DNA of 64,000 nt, taken from assembly GCF_001194135.2 (NCBI RefSeq), contig NC_068997.1, positions 31,701,924-31,765,923 of the forward strand. Direction: 5' to 3'. The stretch is from Octopus bimaculoides (lineage: Eukaryota). Below the pieces are notes generated by a model. That model searched no databases and was not told the DNA's origin. It saw only the letters and a list, made by a program, of their open reading frames with translations. A program made the position numbers and the translations under genes. Shown here one piece after another: positions 43,401 to 58,202 of this stretch (positions within the stretch are counted from its first letter, which is position 1; each line of letters begins with the position of its first letter).

Positions 43401-46400
43401 AAAGAATGCGCAAAGGAACACTCAATAAAATGCCTGGAATGCGGGGAACTTATAATGATTCTCACTTACCTCGGTTGTCAGGTGACAAAGGTAAAGTTTA
43501 AAGATGTGCTCCCAAAACAGAAATAAGATGGCTGGTGTCAGCCATCTGTTATGATTTTGCAGATGAAATCAACATCCTAGAAATTGCCACCCTGGGGCAG
43601 CAAAATCAGATTGGACTAGAGTTGGATCTATTGATTCAAGCAAATCTGGAAACAACAGAATATCTCCCAGATTTGATTCAAATTCCAGATGGCACAACTC
43701 TTCATGTGGCCGTTGAAGGCAGAAGGCCACATTGCTACCTTTGTGGTAGCAGACACCATCTTAAAAAAGACTGCCATCTAGCAAAAGAAGAAGAACAACA
43801 AAACCAAAAACCAAAAAGCAAACCAGCACTGCTATCCACACTGCCAGCAGCACAACTGATAAAGCAAATGGAAGAGTTCCACCAATCAAAAAGCCAGCCC
43901 ATCTAAACAACACCACCAAGTACAGAGACAACACCATCACCATCACCACCACCAGCAACAACAACACAAGCATCCAACCCAGAAGAAAGAAAGGAAAAAT
44001 TAAGCCCCATCCCCATCAACCCATACATCACATCTCAACAACCACCAACCAACAACCACCAACCAACAACATCAACAACAACACACAAATTGATCCCAAT
44101 ACCCTTCGCCTCCTTTCTTCTGATTCCTCCGACATGTCGTCAGACAAAGGCGATACAGAAGAATGGCAAATGGCCACAGGGAGGAGAAGAAGAAGGGGAA
44201 GGAAAAGAAAAGCCATGCAATCAATCAAATCAAGAAGAGTCACTACTCCCAAGAACACAACCTCCACACAAAACACATATATTACCACCAAACAATACAA
44301 ACACACAAACACCAAATGGCTTCACATTGTTGACAGCAATAAACACGAATAATTCAGACCTAATGCAATACATTAGGTTAAAGACCAACATAACAGAAGA
44401 CGATGTGAAAACCAACAATCACCCACACACAACACCACCACAACACATAAAAATCATACACGTGACACAAAACACATACAACACACTGAAATCTCTCTAC
44501 CCTGATGCAACTCTTCATGTGGCCGTTGAAGGCAGAGAGACTTCAAAAGTACTTATCAAAAAATATATACAAAAATCTTCTGAGAGAAAATTGTGAGGTG
44601 AAGAACAACCAACTTTCGAACAGTAAGTGACTCTCTCTCTCTCATTCTTTTCCTTTTCCTTTTGTGTGTAAAGCACAACTTTCAATAGGAACATGCTTAG
44701 AATAGGTTGTATAAATGTGCATGGCTTGGGGTTGCCTTGGAAACAAGGTTACCTGTTAAATGACATCAAGTCACAGAATGTGGATATCATAGCCATCAGT
44801 GAGACCAGACTCCACAACCTGCAGGCCCTCCAGCACATGTTTGGCAGACAATTCGACATTTATTTTTCTCCATGTCTGCTGAGAATGGGCAGAGGCAGTA
44901 CTGCAGTGCTTTTTCAGAAGAGTCTGGACCTCAAAGTAAAAGCAATATTCCTAGACCCAGTGGGTAGGCAGGTCGTCTTGGATATCAATGGCAGTAATGG
45001 GTGTGCTTTTCAACTGATAACAGTTTATGCACCATCCTTAACAGGTCAGCCAGATTTCTTTTGATGTCTAGAGGTTTTCCTGGGAATGTCTTGACCTTTA
45101 CTTTTAGTGGGAGATTGGAACGCTACCTTGGACACACATCTATACTATGTGGGTAGAGATAGGAATAAGAGGGGATGTAAATGTCTCAAAGACCTGCTCA
45201 GACATTTCCAACTGTCTGACAAGTACTGACTGGACCACTCGAATTTGTTAATGTGGACATGGAGCAACTGCATCGGGTCATCCAGATTGTATTTAGATAG
45301 AGTATTCTGTAGGACAGTGGATAGAGATAACATAGATTGTCCACAATTCCATATAGTCAGCTACACAGATCACAAATTTGTGACTTGTATGCTCGACTTA
45401 GAAAAGAATCATAGGCAGGGTCCCGGTTACTGGAAAATGAATGTGTTGTTCACAGCACATCAGGCTTACAGAGACTGGATTGGCAGATTAGTTAAGAGGG
45501 CATTGATGGGTGCCATCGTCAACGATAGATGGTGGTATGCCCTAAAGAAAGCAATTAAAGCAGAATTGGTTAGGTACAGTAAGGCCCTAGCATTAGACCG
45601 AAATAGAATAGAGAGAGACCTAGTTAAGAAATTAGAAGAGGCACTTAGAAGTGGCATCATGTCCAAAGTACTGGCGACAAGGTTGGCCCTCAACCAACAC
45701 TTCAACGCCAAACACAAAGGATGTATTGTCAGAACTAGGATGCATGCTCTGAGAAATGAAGGAACTGAAGCTGCTCAAGAGGCTCGAGTGGCGGAGGTGC
45801 AATGAGGCAACAAAGCCACTATTAGGTCTCTGACAGATGAACAGGGGCACGAATTACTTCAGCCTGAAAGGATGTGTGAGGCCTTTCAAAAGCACTTTGC
45901 CTGACTGTTCAGGACAACTGGTGGGTCAGAACGCAGGATGGACTTTAGTGCCTACCTGCATGGCCTGCCATGACTCTCAGCAAGAGAGGCGGAGTGTTGT
46001 GAAACACCCATCACAGCCGCAGATGTACGGGATGTGATGGCAGGCTGCACAGGAGACAAGTCACCAGGCTTGGATGGTCTGCCCTACGAGCTTTATTGTC
46101 ATATGCCAGACTTGTTCAGAGGCATCTTAGCAGCAGTCTACTACAACTGGTAGCAAAACAGGAGTATCCTCAGTTTTGTGAGCCAAGGAGCAGTGGCACT
46201 TCTAATGAAAGATCCAAACAAGAGGAACGTCATAGATAACTTCAGTGCAGATTTGAAGATTTTGGCCAAGGTGCTAGCCAAGAGGTTGGTGCTTGTCATT
46301 GAGAAACTGGTTGACAAGGCACAAACATGCACCATGCCGGACAGGAGTGTCCATGACAACCTCCATCTGATGTGCTACATCATTGACAGGGTAGTTAAGG

Positions 46401-49400
46401 AACCTGGCATGGGTGGGGTGCTGATCAATTTGGATCAATCAAAAGCTTTCAATACAATCGACCATCACTACTAGGAGGCTGTCCTTAGAGTGGCTGGTTT
46501 CAGTCCCATCTTCTGCAGCTGGGTCGCTGCCTTATACAGCAGCATCCGCTCAGTAGTTTGGGTAAATGGTCATCTATCCAGACCATTTAACATCACGTGT
46601 TTGGTCCGTCAATGATGCCCCCTTTCGTCGTTTCTGTACATATTGACTCTAGAGTCACTACTGCTGAGGGGCATCCTGCAAGAACTGGGATGTGGGAGGG
46701 GCATGTCTGCATATGTGGACGATGTCACTGTCATAGTGTTGAGCCAAAACATATTGACCTGGACAGCAAGACACTAAAAGAATATGAAGCAGTAACGGGA
46801 GAAAAAAAATTAACTTGGAAAAGTCAGTGGGTTTGTGGCTCAGCACCAGGAGAGGCAGGCCCATGCCATCCAACAGTGTCTCCATCGTGGGACACTGGAC
46901 CAACAGACTGTTTAAATTGCTTGGGGTCTGGTTCGGACCAGACCGCCAAATGGAGAAGAACTGGGATGAGATAGCAAGTAGGGCAGCCACTCTCACCCAG
47001 CAATGGGCCAAAAGAAAGCTATCCCTAAAAGGTCGGGCGGAGGTGGAAAACACGTACATCGCATCCGTCATGTCTTGTCCTGAGTCTACCATCACCAAAC
47101 CAGAATGCATACTCATCTGCTTTTTGCGGAAGGGAAGTGTTCTGGTGGTTAAGCGATCCATTTGCTATCAACACCTGCTAAATGGAGAGCTAGGCATGTC
47201 ATGGTTGATGATGTGCAGGCATGTGCTGAGACTGCTTCATCTACGCTTCATCAACGATGGTGAACAGGTGTGGTCACCGTTTATGAGGTGCACTTTCCTG
47301 CAGCTCGTCTCATTGGCTGAACTGCAGTGATGGATCAAACAGAGACCAAGGCTGGGTGAATGGCACCGTGAGTGCCGCCTTGCTCTCAAGCAACTTTACT
47401 GTATGGAACCAAACTTGTGTGATTTCAATTCCACGATGTCGTTTTATAGAGGATTAGTGGAGGTGAGGTGCGACGACGTTCCCAGGGAGAATCTTGGTTT
47501 GACAGGGAACACCTGACTCACCTGTTCAGGACAACTTTTGGGCTGGGTCCTATGGACAATCACCAGAGATCCCTGGCCTGGCAGTGCTGTTGGGAAGCAT
47601 TGCCCGTTTGGAATAAGCTCAACAGGCACAGATCGAGATACACCGGACAAACTTGCCAGAGATGTGGTCAGAGCACTGTAAACTATTCTGCACACACTTG
47701 TGCAGTGTTCAACCATTTCAGACCTGTGGGCTTATGTCGAATGGCTGCTGTCACATGTAGGACAAATTCAGTTATCTGCCAAATCTATTGTGAATATGCC
47801 CCACCACCTCCCTTTAACCGAGAAGGCAAGACAGTTTTCATTGTACTGGTGGCTATGGTCAAAAAATGTGTGCGGTGGACTTGTGCGAAAGGTTCAGAGA
47901 CAAACACTTTCCTCTCTGGCCAATCGCTCATCAACTTTTTCAAATACCACTTGAAAAAGAAGGTTAGAATAGAGAGGGAAGTTTTGTCTCATAAAAGTTT
48001 CAATAAAAGGTGGGTGAATGTAGCAAAGATAGTATGCGTGAATGACGAAATCACTCTAAGCATGATGAGAGAGAGAGAGTGCTTTGCTCTCATGTGTTTC
48101 TTTCTCTGCCTGAGGTTACCATGGTCTTTTGCGTAGGGTTGTCTTTCCAAGGATAAACATCTTTTCCATTTTTACCCTACCTTTTTTGCTGTTTACACGT
48201 CACAAACGCTTTCAATCCTTTTGATCGTTTTTTTTTCTCTTTCTTTCGAAAAGAAAAGTTCTACTTTGTATTGTCCTCTCTGTGTTCAGCCCTGCATGGC
48301 TAATAAACAAAAATGCCTCTTATTCAAGTATAGCTCCCATTTAAATCTTTTTTTTTTTTTCATCTTAGCATCTTTTGTTGGTAGGAGAGTTATTAGCCAT
48401 GCCCCACTGAGAGAACAGCAGTCAAATTACAAACAAAACAGTGGAGTTCTTTTTATCATGCTCATCCAATCACATAAACATACCAACATTAAGATTTAGA
48501 GAAAGGCAGGAGAGAGATATTACACTTGGAAACAACTGTGGTACTTCACATAAAAACTATGATCTTACTTCTGTGAGTTTTCCTGGAAAATATAGAAGTT
48601 TGGAAACTTTCTCTCTCATTGAATGTGTTCAATGAATGTTTGTCTCAAATTCTATTTTTCCTGTTCTTCCTTCTCTGCTTATTACCTTGAACAGATAATT
48701 ATATTTCATGAGACCATTCTACACTTCTTCCTCACCATTTATATGGATTTTTATTTGCACACAATCACAACACATCTTGATTGCTAAGCACATCTTATAT
48801 AAACTGAGATCTGAAAACCAACCAGCACTAATGACCCAACAATCTGTTCTTAAACATTATGCATCTCAAGGAAGAAAAACCTCATAACATGATTACTACT
48901 CATAAACAATTAACCCTTTAACATTCAGATTATTCTGTAAAACATAATGCATATTTATTCACATTGTTTTGAATTTATCATGCTTAACCTCATACTTTTG
49001 AGATTTCAAAGATGTCATTCATTATTCTAAGAATGACATTGTAGGGTAGGTGTGAAAGGCCAGATCCGGCCAGTTCGAACATAAAATAAGTAGAATATTC
49101 TGGCCAGATATGGTCAGTTTAAATGCTAAAAGGTTAAATCCTCATTCTGTTATCAATTAATGCTGGGCCTTAGAATATTTGATGATCTTTCGTTATCACA
49201 TATTCATATAGCAAGAATTTCCTCACAAAAGTTGGGTTTCTTCCTCTGAAACAAAAAAATACTTCTTTAGATATTTTAAACTTGATTTCGGTTTGAATTC
49301 CTACAGTTCATCTGAAGAGATTTTGTTACACTGCTGGAATCCAAAATGTAACTTTTCTCCAGTCAAGAATAACAACTGATAAGAAAATTTCACACTGGGA

Positions 49401-51132
49401 ACTGTATTACAAAAATGGTAAACAAACCTGTTAATATCGTTCCTTTCAAGACATCATGAAGAATATCAGTTGTAATATTTGAAGAGCAATTCACAAAATA
49501 CATAGCCTTTCCGAGACAGTAACTAAGATCTTTGGCAGTCTCTTTATTTTGACCATTCTTTATAGAGAACAAAAATATGGAAATAAAGATATTAAAAACA
49601 TGCATACATGCACACATCATGTGTGTGCATGTGTGTGTCTATCTGTATATCATTATCATTATTATCATTATTAAACGATGATGATGATGATATACACACA
49701 CATACTCACACACATAGATTTATATCATTATTATCATCATTTTGTTTGCTTTTCATTGCTTACATGGCTCAGACAAGAGTTTCTTGGGGCCATATGCTGT
49801 AATATTCACAATTTGCAGATGGATTACGCAAAAAAGTCATAGGTATGCAATCAGTAAACAGTTACATGGAGATATCACTATAAGTCTGGTTCCCCTCATT
49901 AAGAGAAATTTGCCAAAAGCAGTTAACTTAGTAGTGCTGGAGATTTAAAGGCTGAAGGGGGAGAGGAGGAAGAATAAGATCAAAAGGCAGAGAGAGGAAG
50001 GAGGATTACTATGACATAGAGGGAATGAAAAGAGGCAGAAGAGATGAAACAGAGAGAGGTAAAGTTAAGGTGAGCGTGGTGAAAGGGGGAGCCACTGGTG
50101 GCCAAGGGAATCTCACTAAGCAGACAATAAATTAGTTAGGAATGGCAACTGACCATATAGAGTGACAGGAAGAGGTAAGTAATGAATGAAAGGAGTAAGG
50201 ATGGGGGTAGCAGAGGAGGAAGATATGCTGAAATAGGGAGAAGGGTACAAGGAGAATAAAGAGAAAATGCTACTAGCATAGCTAAGTAATGTTGGCATTC
50301 CGTCGCTTACGATGTCGAGGGTTCCAGTTGATCCGATCAACAGAACAGCCTGCTCGTGAAATTAACGTGCAAGTGGCTGAGCACTCCACAGACACGTGTA
50401 CCCTTAACGTAGTTCTCGGGGATATTCAGCATGACACAGTGTAACAAGGCTGACCCTTTGAATTACAGGCACAACAAAAATTAAGAGTGAAAGAAAGTTG
50501 TGCTGGAAGAGTACAGCAGGGTTCGCCACTATCCCCTACTGGAGCCTCGTGGAGCTTTAGGTGTTTTCGCTCAATAAACACTCACAACGCCTGGTCTGGG
50601 AATCGAAACCGTGATCCTATGACTGTGAGTCTGCTGCCCTAACCACTGGGCCATTGCGCCTCCACAGCTAAGTAATAAGTAAGGTCTTAACCACAATTAA
50701 GAGAATCATAAATACTTTATGTATTCAACAAAAGTAGAATAAAATTTGTGCTTTACATAGAGAACCTATGGAATAACAAGGTATCATGAGGGAGAGTTAA
50801 GAAATTGTGTATTCTCTTCTTAGTATTCTGTATTTTTTATGTTTTGTGTGTGTGTGTGCGTACTTGCATGTGTGTGTGTGTGTGTGGGGAGAGTGCAGAC
50901 ACATAGCTTAGTGGTTAGGGTGTTGGATTCATGATCAAAAGATTGTGATTTTGATTCCTGAACCAGATAATACCTTGTTTTCTTGAGCAAAACACTTCAT
51001 TCTCCATTGGTCCAGTCCACTGACAAAAATGAGAATTTCCTGCAATAGACAGGCATCTCATCCAGGGTAGAAAATACATGCACCATGGAAACTGGGAAAC
51101 CAGCCCCATGACTTAGGAAAAATCATTATATT

Positions 51133-51201
<69 letters not shown>

Positions 51202-54200
51202 TGTATGTATGTATGTNNNNNNNNNNNNNNNNNNNNNNNNNNNNNNNNNNNNNNNNNNNNNNNNNNNNNNNNNNNNNNNNNNNNNNNNNNNNNNNNNNNN
51301 NNNNNNNNNNNNNNNNNNNNNNNNNNNNNNNNNNNNNNNNNNNNNNNNNNNNNNNNNNNNNNNNNNNNNNNNNNNNNNNNNNNNNNNNNNNNNNNNNNNN
51401 NNNNNNNNNNNNNNNNNNNNNNNNNNNNNNNNNNNNNNNNNNNNNNNNNNNNNNNNNNNNNNNNNNNNNNNNNNNNNNNNNNNNNNNNNNNNNNNNNNNN
51501 NNNNNNNNNNNNNNNNNNNNNNNNNNNNNNNNNNNNNNNNNNNNNNNNNNNNNNNNNNNNNNNNNNNNNNNNNNNNNNNNATATATACTTTTTACAGCTA
51601 CTTTTACCACATGGTTTTATGCTCATATCTTATATTTTGGACACAATGATGATATAAAGAATTTGTCGGATTTATTAAAGCAAACATAGAAAGATAATTT
51701 TGCACAGCCAACTTGACTTGGATGCATTGTTTTGAATGTCACAGGCTGCAATAATCATCCTGAGAAATCATTTTGTAGAGACATTAAGCGTTTTAAAAAG
51801 CACAGATTATTTCAAGGTGGTATCAAAAAATTCCCAGACTAGTTTTGTAGTTTGCCAACAGATGGCAACAAATGGTTGCGTAAACAATGAGAGTTTGCAG
51901 TGACCTTCACGAGGCAGCATGCTGAGTGACATCACCGTGTTTACTTCACAAGTTATGAAATTCGTGTTTTTGTAATCATGTGTATCCTGTAGTCTGCAAT
52001 TTTTGTCATGGACAGGAAGTTGGAACAAAGAGCCAATGTGAAGTTTTGCATTAAACTTGGGAAGTCTTCTACAGAGACACTGAACATACTTTGGGAAGCT
52101 TACAGCAATAGATTATATGCAATGTTTTGGGTAACACCGGCGCTTCAAAAGTGGAAGAACATCCCTGGAAAATGATGATTGAACTGGAAGACTTGCCACA
52201 AGCATCACCCCTGTAAATGAGGAGAAAATTCATCAGCTTGTGCATGAGGATCATCGGAGGACAATCAATGATGTCTTTAAACATTTGAGGGAGGACATTT
52301 GGTGAAAGTAACCGAATCTGTGGAGTGCAAAAAATTGGATTCTTCATGACAACAATGCACCCAGTCACCAAGCTCTCCTCACTTGTGAGTTTCTTGCCAA
52401 AAACAACATGGTCTCACTTCTGCACCCACCCTATTCACAAGATTTAGCACCTGCAGACCTCTATCTCTTCCTCAAAATGAAAACACAGCTCAAAGGTCAT
52501 CATTTTAACATTGTTGTCGAGATCAAGAGTGAAACACAGAAGGTCCTCAATTCACTTCCAGAAAAAGTGGAAAGGATACTGAGACCAGTACGTTGCTGTG
52601 CAAGATGACTATTTCGAAGGAAATGATGTTAAAACTTAGGTAAATAAGTTTTTTTTTATTAAACATAATTAGTCTGAGAACTTTTGATTCCACCTCATAT
52701 CAACCGAAAAATTTCATCAGCACTGATAGATGGTACTATCATATGTGATTTCAGCATAATTTATGCCTCATCAGCATCAGGCACCTCACTGCCAAATGCC
52801 ATACTGAAAATCTATCAAACCAATGTTAAGTTGGATGTGCAAATTACTATTCTTTACTGAGGCTACCTTGGTCTTTAATACCTAATTTATACACAGCCCA
52901 CTAGCTTTTTGCAACATCAGTTCCTGGATACTTGTGTGAAACTATGGTAAGGAAATATCTACAGCAATAAACATACATATCTAATTACATACAAATACAA
53001 CATGCATACATATATATTATATTCTAAAGAGCTTCTGTGAGTGTGTATAGAGGGCATATGAAAGCCTTTCTGTTTTACTTTACCACACACACAAATAAAA
53101 AACATCTAACCACCTTGTTTATACACACACATGTTTTATTTTTTTACTTGTTTCAGTCATTAGACTGTGACCATGCTGGGGCACAACGTTGAAAAATTTT
53201 CAATCAAACAAAGTGATGCCGGCACTTATTTTCAAGCCCGGTACTCATTCTATTGGCCTCTTTTGCTGAATTTCTAAGTTATGGGGATGTAAACAAACCA
53301 TCACAGGTTGTCAAGTGGCAGTGGAAGACAAACAACGACACAAAGACACACACACACAGATATATGTATATATATATGACGATGATGGGCTTCTTCCAGT
53401 TTCTGTCTACCAAATCCAGTCACAAGGTTTTGGTCGGCTTGAGACTATAGTAGAAGACACCTGCCCAACACAGCATGCAGTGAGAGTGAACCTGGAACTA
53501 TGCAGCTGGGAAGCTAACTTTTTACCACACGGCCACACTTGCATACATATACATACACACACACATTAACATTCACAGGAAAACACTGAAAGTTCATAAA
53601 ATAAAACTATTAAAAATGTTATTCTTACTTGGGAGCCAATGCAGAGGCCTGCATTAAATGATGTGATGATCCTCAATAAATGTACCAAACTCCTCTGTGT
53701 CACTGGGAATATCATCTCTCTGCCCATGACTCCTAAGTATTCAAAGCCGTACTTGAAACTTGAGTACATGTTCTGAAATTTATACATACACACACATTAC
53801 AATTGGTAAATTCCTATAATTATGCATTGGCAGAAAGTGACCTAGTGGTTAGGATGTTGCACTCACAATTGCAAAATTATGGTTTCAATTCCCAGACTGG
53901 TAGTTGCACTGTGTTCTTGAGCAAAACACTTCATTTCACATTGCTCCAGTTGAAAATGGAAAACCCTGTGACAAACTGATATCCCATTCAGGATGGTGGG
54001 GTGATGTTGGCCTGCCCACCCAGCCAGTGGGATAGCTACAACAATGTAAAGTGCATTGTGACCAGTGGTGTATAACAACATGCGATAGTTTCATTAGTAC
54101 AGTAATGTATTGATAGCACAATATCTTTCAGATATAAAATGGGAATATATATGACATTATTATACTACGACCTGCAGGCATAGCTGTGTGGTAAGAAACT

Positions 54201-54325
54201 TGATTCCCAACCATGGTTCTGGGTACAGTCCGACTACATGGTGACTTGGGCAAGTGTCTTTTGCTATAGCTGTGGACCGACGAAAGCCTTGTGAGTAGAT
54301 CTGGTAGACGGAAACTGAAAGAAGT

Positions 54326-54361
<36 letters not shown>

Positions 54362-57300
54362 TCTTTGTGTCTGTTTTCCTCCACTACCACTTGACAACCA
54401 ATGTTGGTGTGTTTACATTCCTGTAACTTAGTGGTTCGACAAAAAGCACTTCAAGGTGGTGCCCCAGCATGGTCACAGTCAAATGACTGAAACAAGTAAA
54501 AGATAAAAGATGAAAAGTTAAGGTGATGATATGGCAGAATTGTTAACATGCCAGGTAAGATGCTTAGTGGCGGTTCATGTCTTTACGCTCTGAGTTCAAA
54601 TTCTGCCAAAGTTGACTTTGTCTTTCATAATGCATCTCCTGATAAATTAAACAGTTTATTCTTTTATTCTTTAAGTTGTTTCAGTCATTTGACTGTGGCC
54701 ATGCTGGAGCACTGCCTTTAGTTGAACAAATTGACCCATGACTTATTTTTTGTAAGCCTAATACTTATCCTATCGGCTTCTTTTGCTGAACCACTAAGTT
54801 ACAAGGATGTAAACACACCAACATCGGTTGTCAAGAGACGGTGGGGGGGGGGGACAAACACAGACACACACATATAAATATATATATACTCAATGGGCTT
54901 CTTTCAGTTTCTGTCTACCAGATCCAATCACAAGGCTTTGGTCGGCCCAAGGCTATAGTAGAAGACACTTCCCCAAAGTGCCACGCAGTGGAACTAAACC
55001 CAGAACCATGTGGTTGGTAAGCAAGCTACTTACCACACAGCCATGCCTTGGGAATTTGTAATATAGTTCCATAGACCTACCTAGGGTAGGGTGAAATCGC
55101 TGGTTAATATTACATTTTTTGTGTTTAATTAAGATATTTAGAATAAGTACTTTTTGTCTGAACTCTAGATATGCACAACATGTGTTGTTGCAGTTGTTTA
55201 ACCTCACTCAACCTGATGGAACAGACTAAGGATGAAAAGTGTTCCAGTTGTGACTAAGGCAGCATTTTTATGTAATTAGAACTGTGTTCTTTTTTTATAA
55301 AGACAGTAAAGTATGATCTGAGAAAGTTAAACTGTTATTTCTAGCAGCTTGAATGTTATAGACCTGTTTGTTGGTTCACAACTTCATGTTCAATGTCATT
55401 CAACAACGATAAAACCATAGCATTTTATTCACTCACTTCACTGCATAACAAATTAGGCTTGTAACATCCTTCATCATATATGACTTTTCATTCATTCATT
55501 CATTCACACATACACACATACAAGGTTTAAAGGTCTTTTATCATATGCCAATGAGGAAACCTCTATGAGGTCATCCTGCTAGACATAGCAGCCATATTCA
55601 CCTCAAGCCCTCACCTTTCTCTCTTGAAAATGGAAGTACACATTGGACAATATCGTCTTGAATATACTCTCCAAGATAAGATGGGATTGTTATGGTTAAA
55701 ACTCTTCAATTGGTCACAGGCTTGCTTGATCAGAGACAATCTGAGTACTAAACAACTTAGTCCTTTGCTTGTCCTGTATATTACATGTGATTGATGCACA
55801 GGACATATTTCTCCAGTCTCTATGTATCATATAAGATACACAAACCCAGTTTTTTTCAACCACCAGAGTAACTTGGGACTTATGAAAGGAATGCTTTATA
55901 TTACTCAGAACGTATGAAACATGGGCTAAATAACAGTCTGAAAGCAAGCATGAACGTTTAGGATAAACTTATGAAAATGCTTTGGACAGGCAACAACGGC
56001 AAGACAACAATAGCATTTATTACAATTAGGAATCTCACTTTAATTTCAACTGATTTTCCTTCACTGTTTAAAATATAGTTAAGTTGGACTTTCCAATAGA
56101 AGTTTTGCTGTGGTTCCACCAAAGATTCCGACATCTGTACAAGAATATCTTTAAAATAGCACTGGCACAAAAGAAGACACCGAAGTTTTGTTATCTGTTG
56201 ACTGTAGATGTGAGGGTGCATTCCTTGAATTAATGACTGGCTAAAGACTTCTTTTGACTCAACAACTGATTCTGTTCCTGACAAAAATAACAAAAAAAAG
56301 TATGTTATTAAAAGGAAAGAACTGTTTCAGATTAATTATCCAAAGATCGAGTAGATTCAAGGAATTTGCATTCTTGGCATAGGTAGCAAGAAGGAGGAAG
56401 AGGAGGATAGAAAACAAGCCAACCTGATTTTCTACACATCACTTTCTCCTTTTCCAGAATTCTGAGCAGTTTGGACACTCGATCAATCATTGTATTTATT
56501 TCTGAAGCATAATTCTGTAAAAGACATCAAAATTGAAGTCTGGTTGAATTAACATAATCAACAGGATATTGAACAAAACTAATATGAAAGTGAATAGAAA
56601 TAATATTACAATGAACAGAAGAAATATTACGATGTTCAGAATATTCTGTTTCACAAACCACAACACATGACAGTCTTACGATGTTCTGCATCCTTTATTT
56701 CATCACATACTGTTGTACTATTATGGCCAATATACCCTGTTTCCCCATTCCCCAACGATAATGAAGATGATATTTATGTTATATTATATTCATAGTATAT
56801 TATGTAATATTGTAATATTATAATATAAATAAATTATTGGATTGTCAATAGTACCTCTCTATCTATTTAATTTATCTTTGTAATTGCATTATATCCATAT
56901 TCATATGGTATTCAACTGATGTACCAGTGAATTGGATGTTTAACCCACCCCTTTGAAGGAACTCTTTTCCTCAGTTTGATACTTTATACATGCATATATA
57001 TATATATATATGTTATATATATATATACGATGGGCTTCTTTCAGTTTCCGTCTACCAAATCCACTCACAAGGCTTTGGTTGGCCTGAGGATATAATAGAA
57101 GACATCTACCCAAGGTGCCACCCAGAACCATGTGATTGGGAAGCAAGCTTCTTACTACACAGTCACTCCTGTGCCTACATAGTTTAGAATATCAGAAAAA
57201 ATTGTTGATGTTATAGATACTTTGTCACAGCCTATATATTCTCATAGTGAAAAAAATGAGAATAAAATACCTAGGGACAGGAAAACCAATAGCAACATCA

Positions 57301-58106
57301 TTACTAGCACTATTTAGTATTGGGTACAACAAAATTTTAATCAGTTATAATTAATTATACTCTTAGTGAGAAGAAAGAATTGTTAACATAATTATCAATT
57401 CTGACCAAAAAGGCAGTGAAAACGATCCTGAAATCAAATTTGAAATAGAATGCTGTGATGAAACTTATAAAACTCTGCTAATTATTACCTTCAAAGCTTC
57501 TTGTGATGTTAAAGTATCTTTCAATATTCCATCCATCTGTTTATAAAAATTCAGTTTGGCAATGAGTGAAACCAGCTGAGGTGGCATCTTAATGATCCAA
57601 GAAAGCTCTTGATAAATTTCTGTCAAGTTTGTTACATCAGAACTGCACAAATAACCAGCTTTTGGGGGATTATAAACATCGTAATAGGCTGGTTCTTCCT
57701 CAATTTTTTGTGTGTCTGAAAATTTAAACATAACAAGAATAAATCATCATCATCCTCATCATTTAGCGTCTGCTTTCCATGCTGGCATGGATTAGACAAT
57801 TTGCCTGGAACTGGTAAGCCAGGGAACCACCAGGATCCATTCTGATTTGGTATGGTTTCTACAGTTAGATGCTCTTCCTAATGCCAACCAGTCTAAGAGT
57901 GCAGTGGGTGCTCTTTACATGCCACCAGCGCAGGTGGTTTTATGTGTCACTGACACGGGTGCCAGTTATGTGACACCAAGGCACAGGCATGGCTGTGTGG
58001 TTCAGTCCTACAATACAACACCTTGAACAAGTGTTGTCTACTGCAGCCTTAGGCTAACCAATGCCTTTTTGAGTAAATTTGATAAACAGAAAGTAAGAAG
58101 CCTGTC

Positions 58107-58202
<96 letters not shown>

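Noticed and set aside
48480-48585. Candidate exon [22 protein letters not shown] after exon 7
   Set aside because: In-frame TAG and not needed; exon 7 joins exon 8 in phase with canonical spacing.
49313-49355. CTGAAGA-GATTT...GAATC-CAAAA hammerhead-like string
   Set aside because: G12 is missing and there is no room for stem III.
50585-50665. tRNA-like sequence with A and B boxes
   Set aside because: It is the head of a SINE bounded by a TSD, with no complete cloverleaf acceptor stem; not a tRNA gene.
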